Source: Candidatus Bipolaricaulia bacterium
GTDB lineage: Bacteria; Bipolaricaulota; Bipolaricaulia; JBHIAT01
NCBI GenBank assembly: GCA_046758705.1
Contig: JBHIAT010000003.1
Coordinates: 1-55,702 of the forward strand
Reading direction: 5' to 3'
Length of the DNA: 55,702 nt
Part shown: piece by piece, positions 52,128 through 55,702 of the stretch
How positions within the stretch are numbered: position 1 is the first letter of the stretch
Layout: every line of letters begins with the position of its first letter
Made by a program: the position numbers and the translations under genes
The notes under the pieces: generated by a model
What the model was told of the DNA's origin: nothing
Databases searched by the model: none
The model's input: only the letters and a program-made list of their open reading frames with translations

Positions 52128-52753
52128 TGAAAGCATATCGGGTTGAACTGAATGGATGGACAGCATCCTTCCGCCATCCTCAATTGGTAAGTGGCACACA
52201 GCCGTCTTTGCCTGTACCACCACCGAGTACCATCTATGGTCTCGTCGCCGCAGCAGTGGGTCAATGGGTTGATCCTGCTGATTGCCAACTGGCCTATGTC
52301 TTCCAACATCAAGGCACAGCCAGAGACTTAGAAACAGTTTACCAATTCAGCAATAGCGCCAGGGCTAAAAGCAACGTCATTTGGCGCGAATGGCTGACAG
52401 ATTGGCAACTATGGCTTTATTTCGTCGATAAAAAGTGGGCACAAGCGTTCGATCAACCCGTTTATCCCCTGCTACTCGGTCGACAACAGGAGCTAGCTTG
52501 CGTCACCCGAATTGAGGAGGTGAACCTTGAACAGAGATCGACTTATTTGCGAGGAACAGCCGTGCCTTTCCCTCTCCAAGGCGCAGCTGGTATGCTCCTA
52601 GCTCTACCGACTGTGCTGTCACCCGAAATTCCTCGTCGTCCATTGGGTGTGCGCACTTGGCATTTGGTCCATCGACCATGTCAACTCGAAGCCGATGAAC
52701 TTTATCATGACCCAGAACTCGATCACGGTGTTTACCTCATCGGAGGCTCTTGA
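52124..52753 (+). CDS. cas5: type I Cas5
   Basis: 209 aa. YRVELNGWTASFRHPQLVSGTQPSLPVPPPSTIYGLVAAAVG is the characteristic Cas5 N-terminus. ATGA overlaps on both sides. Confidence 0.85.
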   Translation: MMKAYRVELNGWTASFRHPQLVSGTQPSLPVPPPSTIYGLVAAAVGQWVDPADCQLAYVFQHQGTARDLETVYQFSNSARAKSNVIWREWLTDWQLWLYFVDKKWAQAFDQPVYPLLLGRQQELACVTRIEEVNLEQRSTYLRGTAVPFPLQGAAGMLLALPTVLSPEIPRRPLGVRTWHLVHRPCQLEADELYHDPELDHGVYLIGGS

Positions 52754-55080
52754 TGCTATTGGCTAAGAGCGATCCACCTCGCTCTTTACAGCTCCATACT
52801 TTGGATGTATGGGCCATGGTTCAGCAATATGCCGATCGTTGGCCTCACCTGGCCGAACTGGCGAATGCTCCTGAGCTGTTTGACGACGCTGCCCTGGCTG
52901 CCCTGTGGCACGATTTAGGAAAGACGGCGGTGGGATTTCAATCCATCCTTCAGGATCGCCTTGACGATACAGGTCAGTCCTGGGGCAATTATCGCCATGA
53001 AATCCTGTCCGGAGCTTTGGTCGCAATGTTACCCTCCTCACCTCGAAAGAGAGATCTGCTGCTCGCTGTGCTTACACACCATTTGGGTATGAACAAAGAT
53101 TCGTTCGGAGGGCCTGCCTTATATCGATTCGCGCCGGAACAAGACACAACCATCCCGTTTACGGAGCGTTTAGCACAGCTTGAGGAACACTGGGAAGAAC
53201 TTCAGGAATTGCTCACACAGCTCCGGGCTCATGTTCCCATGCCAAACGATCAGATATGGCCTGCCCTTCCAGAGAGTCCTACTTCTCTGCCTGATCCTTT
53301 TACAGCTTTGTTACGCGAAGCCGGTGAAACTCGAACGAGACGCTCTCGAAGCCGCCGAAAAAGCATCAACCTGAAGCGAGTTTACCTGCGAGGGTTATTG
53401 GTAGCTGCCGACCATTTGGCAAGCGCTGCTGCTTCGGAACGTCCCCCTGAGCAAGAAGAGGTGGTTCCCCCGCTTCCACACCCTTCCAAAGTTGCCCAAG
53501 ATGATTTTGACTTCAAGTTGCACCAGCACCAGATCGAATGTGCTCGATCTGGATCTATCTTGCTGGATGCCCCGACAGGCAGCGGAAAGACTGAAGCAGC
53601 ATTGCTTTGGACCGAAGCCAATCAAAATGCGCAATGCTCACGCCATCTGTTTTACGTTCTACCGTACACCGCGAGTATCAATGCGATGTACCATCGTCTA
53701 AGTAACCAGTTAGGGAAAACCACTGTGTCACTTCTACATGGCCGCTCCAGCTACTTCGTCTATCGATGGTTGTGTGAAGAGGGAGAAGTTCCTTACCGGG
53801 CCATGGCTCAGGCCCGTCAACTGCGCCAACAAACCAAAGAACTCTATTATCCGGTCAAAGTGCTTACCCCCCATCAGATCCTCATGTCGTTTTTAGGTCT
53901 CAAAGGGTGGGAGAGAGCATGGTGTGAGTATAGCGGCGGTTTGTTTGTGATCGATGAGATCCATGCTTACGAACCCCGGTTGATGGGATTGCTTTTTGAG
54001 ATGCTGAGGCGATTGACACACATGCTGGACGCCAAGGTTTGTTTGATGTCTGCCACGTTCCCTTCGTTGCTCCGTGCTCGTTTACAGGAATGCCTAGAGA
54101 AGTCTCATCTGATCGAGCTGGGACCGGAAGAACGAGATCGTTATAGCCGCCATCGCGTTCAAGTGAGAATTGGCAGCGTGCAAGACCAGATCCCCAACAG
54201 CATCAAGCGTCTGCAAGAAGGAGAAGAACGCGTCTTGGTTGTGCTCAATACTGTCCAAGGCACAATGGAGGCTTATGAAGCATTACAGCAGTATGCTCAG
54301 AATCCCTGCCTCTTACATGGTCGACTCACATTAGCAGATCGGCAGAATGCCGAAGCCCACCTGGATAAAAGCGCCGATTCACCTGTGGATTTGCTGATAG
54401 GCACCCAAGCAATCGAGGTTTCACTTGACGTGGATTTCGACGTTCTCTTTAGCGATCCCGCACCACTAGATGCGCTGTTGCAGCGTTTCGGACGGGTGAA
54501 TCGAAAACCTCCACATCTCCTGGAGCCTTTGCCCTCCGAAGAACGATTTCGGGATGTTATCATTTGCCAAGAACAATGGCCGGAGACTTACCCAATTTAC
54601 GCGAGCGATGAAACTGGACAGCAACTGGTAGAACAATCCCTACAGGCCTTGCCTCAAGATGACATTCTCCACGAAAGCCAGATTCTGTCATTGATCGACA
54701 AAGTGTACAATGAGAAGCAATTGGAACCCTACTTCGCAATTGCCGAAGAGAAAAGCCAACGACTTTCTGAACTGATCGACCAACTTGAACCTGGTAGTGA
54801 GTTGGATCGGAATGAAGCTGATCTACTTGACCGAATGATCGATGCGATTCCTATTGTTCCTGCACGATTTAAAGAAGCTCACCAGAGATTGCTTGAAGGA
54901 AAGCGATTCTTCGAGGCTCAGGATTACACACTCAATATCTCTAAAAGACAATACCATGTTCTCAAAGAGAGAAACCAAATCTACAAGATAGATAAGCATC
55001 TTTATGGACTTTTCGATTACGAATCTGGAATCGGCCCCCATTTTGATATCAGAGTCGACCTGGAGGCCAACATCCTTTGA
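52750..55080 (+). CDS. cas3: Cas3 helicase-nuclease (fused HD domain)
   Basis: 776 aa. HD motifs (HTLDVW, LWHDLGKT, HEILSG, LTHH), then SF2 helicase motifs DAPTGSGKTEAAL, DEIHAY, SATFPS and QRFGRVNR. Confidence 0.9.
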   Translation: MMLLAKSDPPRSLQLHTLDVWAMVQQYADRWPHLAELANAPELFDDAALAALWHDLGKTAVGFQSILQDRLDDTGQSWGNYRHEILSGALVAMLPSSPRKRDLLLAVLTHHLGMNKDSFGGPALYRFAPEQDTTIPFTERLAQLEEHWEELQELLTQLRAHVPMPNDQIWPALPESPTSLPDPFTALLREAGETRTRRSRSRRKSINLKRVYLRGLLVAADHLASAAASERPPEQEEVVPPLPHPSKVAQDDFDFKLHQHQIECARSGSILLDAPTGSGKTEAALLWTEANQNAQCSRHLFYVLPYTASINAMYHRLSNQLGKTTVSLLHGRSSYFVYRWLCEEGEVPYRAMAQARQLRQQTKELYYPVKVLTPHQILMSFLGLKGWERAWCEYSGGLFVIDEIHAYEPRLMGLLFEMLRRLTHMLDAKVCLMSATFPSLLRARLQECLEKSHLIELGPEERDRYSRHRVQVRIGSVQDQIPNSIKRLQEGEERVLVVLNTVQGTMEAYEALQQYAQNPCLLHGRLTLADRQNAEAHLDKSADSPVDLLIGTQAIEVSLDVDFDVLFSDPAPLDALLQRFGRVNRKPPHLLEPLPSEERFRDVIICQEQWPETYPIYASDETGQQLVEQSLQALPQDDILHESQILSLIDKVYNEKQLEPYFAIAEEKSQRLSELIDQLEPGSELDRNEADLLDRMIDAIPIVPARFKEAHQRLLEGKRFFEAQDYTLNISKRQYHVLKERNQIYKIDKHLYGLFDYESGIGPHFDIRVDLEANIL

Positions 55081-55099
55081 ACAGATCCCATTATTCCAT

Positions 55100-55129
55100 T
55101 TGACACCTCGTCGTCGACCGAGGCAAAAT
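55100..55129 (+). promoter_or_regulatory. candidate CRISPR-2 leader promoter
   Basis: TTGACA (55100-05), an 18-nt spacer containing CGTCGTCGACC, then CAAAAT (55124-29). The layout parallels the CRISPR-1 leader promoter. Confidence 0.3.
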
Positions 55130-55208
55130 GAGGACGTCAAACGATCGGATTTGAGCGATTCAGGCGTGGTCATTGACAGATAAATAGCAAGGGTTGCAAG
55201 TTTCTGAG

Positions 55209-55256
55209 AAGTCGTCGACCTCCTGGGATTTTTTCACGACCGGGGGTCGACGACTT
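55209..55256 (+). promoter_or_regulatory. conserved 15-bp-stem inverted repeat in the CRISPR-2 leader
   Basis: AAGTCGTCGACCTCC (55209-23) ...loop... GGGGGTCGACGACTT (55242-56). One arm position differs from leader 1 and still allows G-U pairing in RNA. Preceded by GGTCATTGACA (55168-78). Confidence 0.7.
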
Positions 55257-55406
55257 TGGAGGATGCAAATCGTTCAAGGCTAATCATGCGCAAAGAGCCT
55301 GCCCTAGGGGGAAACTCTCATAACTTGCTCTCAAGAGTTGTGTGAAGAGTGAATCACCGGATTTTGCCCTTCCAAACGGGCAAAGATAAGCCTCTGAACA
55401 TATTGC

Positions 55407-55702
55407 CTTTTAATCGAACCAATATGGTATTGAAACACAGCGGGCATGGGTATATTCTCCTTGATCTCAACACTTTTAATCGAACCAATATGGTATTGAA
55501 ACAGGTTAGCTCACCGCGCCCCATGGATTGCTTCAGCGCTTTTAATCGAACCAATATGGTATTGAAACCTCACTGTAACAAGCACCTTGCCTTGCCCGAC
55601 TGACTTTTAATCGAACCAATATGGTATTGAAACTCTCCTTCTCCTTAATATACTTTCCGTACTCTCGATCTTTTAATCGAACCAATATGGTATTGAAACT
55701 CT
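55407..55702 (+). CRISPR. CRISPR array 2 (at least 5 repeats, truncated by window end)
   Basis: Repeat CTTTTAATCGAACCAATATGGTATTGAAAC starts at 55407, 55473, 55539, 55604 and 55670. Spacers are 35-36 nt. It differs from the array 1 repeat at two positions (C4T, G17T). Confidence 0.95.

Overview
GC-rich bacterial chromosomal segment in two parts. Positions 1-29.5 kb are mostly housekeeping and metabolic genes: accD/accA, a DUF502 membrane protein, a PfkB kinase with an inositol-dehydrogenase-like oxidoreductase, a 1719-aa secreted S8/GEVED protease, NAD salvage genes (NAPRTase, nicotinamidase-like hydrolase), a minus-strand reductive pyrimidine-catabolism operon, three tRNAs (Arg-CCG, Ser-GCU, Ser-UGA) embedded in an unusual AT-rich AAAGTT-type repeat, mnmA, FAD oxidoreductases, a URO-D family gene, proS, a DinB protein, and a large secreted HExxH metalloprotease split by a frameshift at a C7 run. 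Positions 29.5-55.7 kb are a composite defence island. In order it holds an eroded AbiEi/AbiEii remnant, a truncated PolX HhH gene abutting cas4-cas1-cas2, CRISPR array 1 (17 repeats), a BrnT/BrnA toxin-antitoxin pair, and a tightly translationally coupled type III operon. That operon reads cas6-cmr1-[ABC/AAA ATPase + Toprim-like protein]-cmr6-[two minimal nucleotidyltransferases + 27-codon ORF]-cas10-cmr4-cmr5-cmr3-like. Downstream are a TPR / SEC-C-TPR / SWIM gene block, a type I-B (Tneap-like) cst1-cst2-cas5-cas3 module, and CRISPR array 2, which runs off the window. The most interesting candidate is the type III-C-like effector. Its Cas10 appears to lack both the HD dyad and the GGDD cyclase motif, and its operon has an OLD/PARIS/AbiL-like ATPase + Toprim-like pair spliced between RAMP genes by overlapping start/stop codons. 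All domain calls come from by-eye motif recognition and need HMM or structure confirmation.
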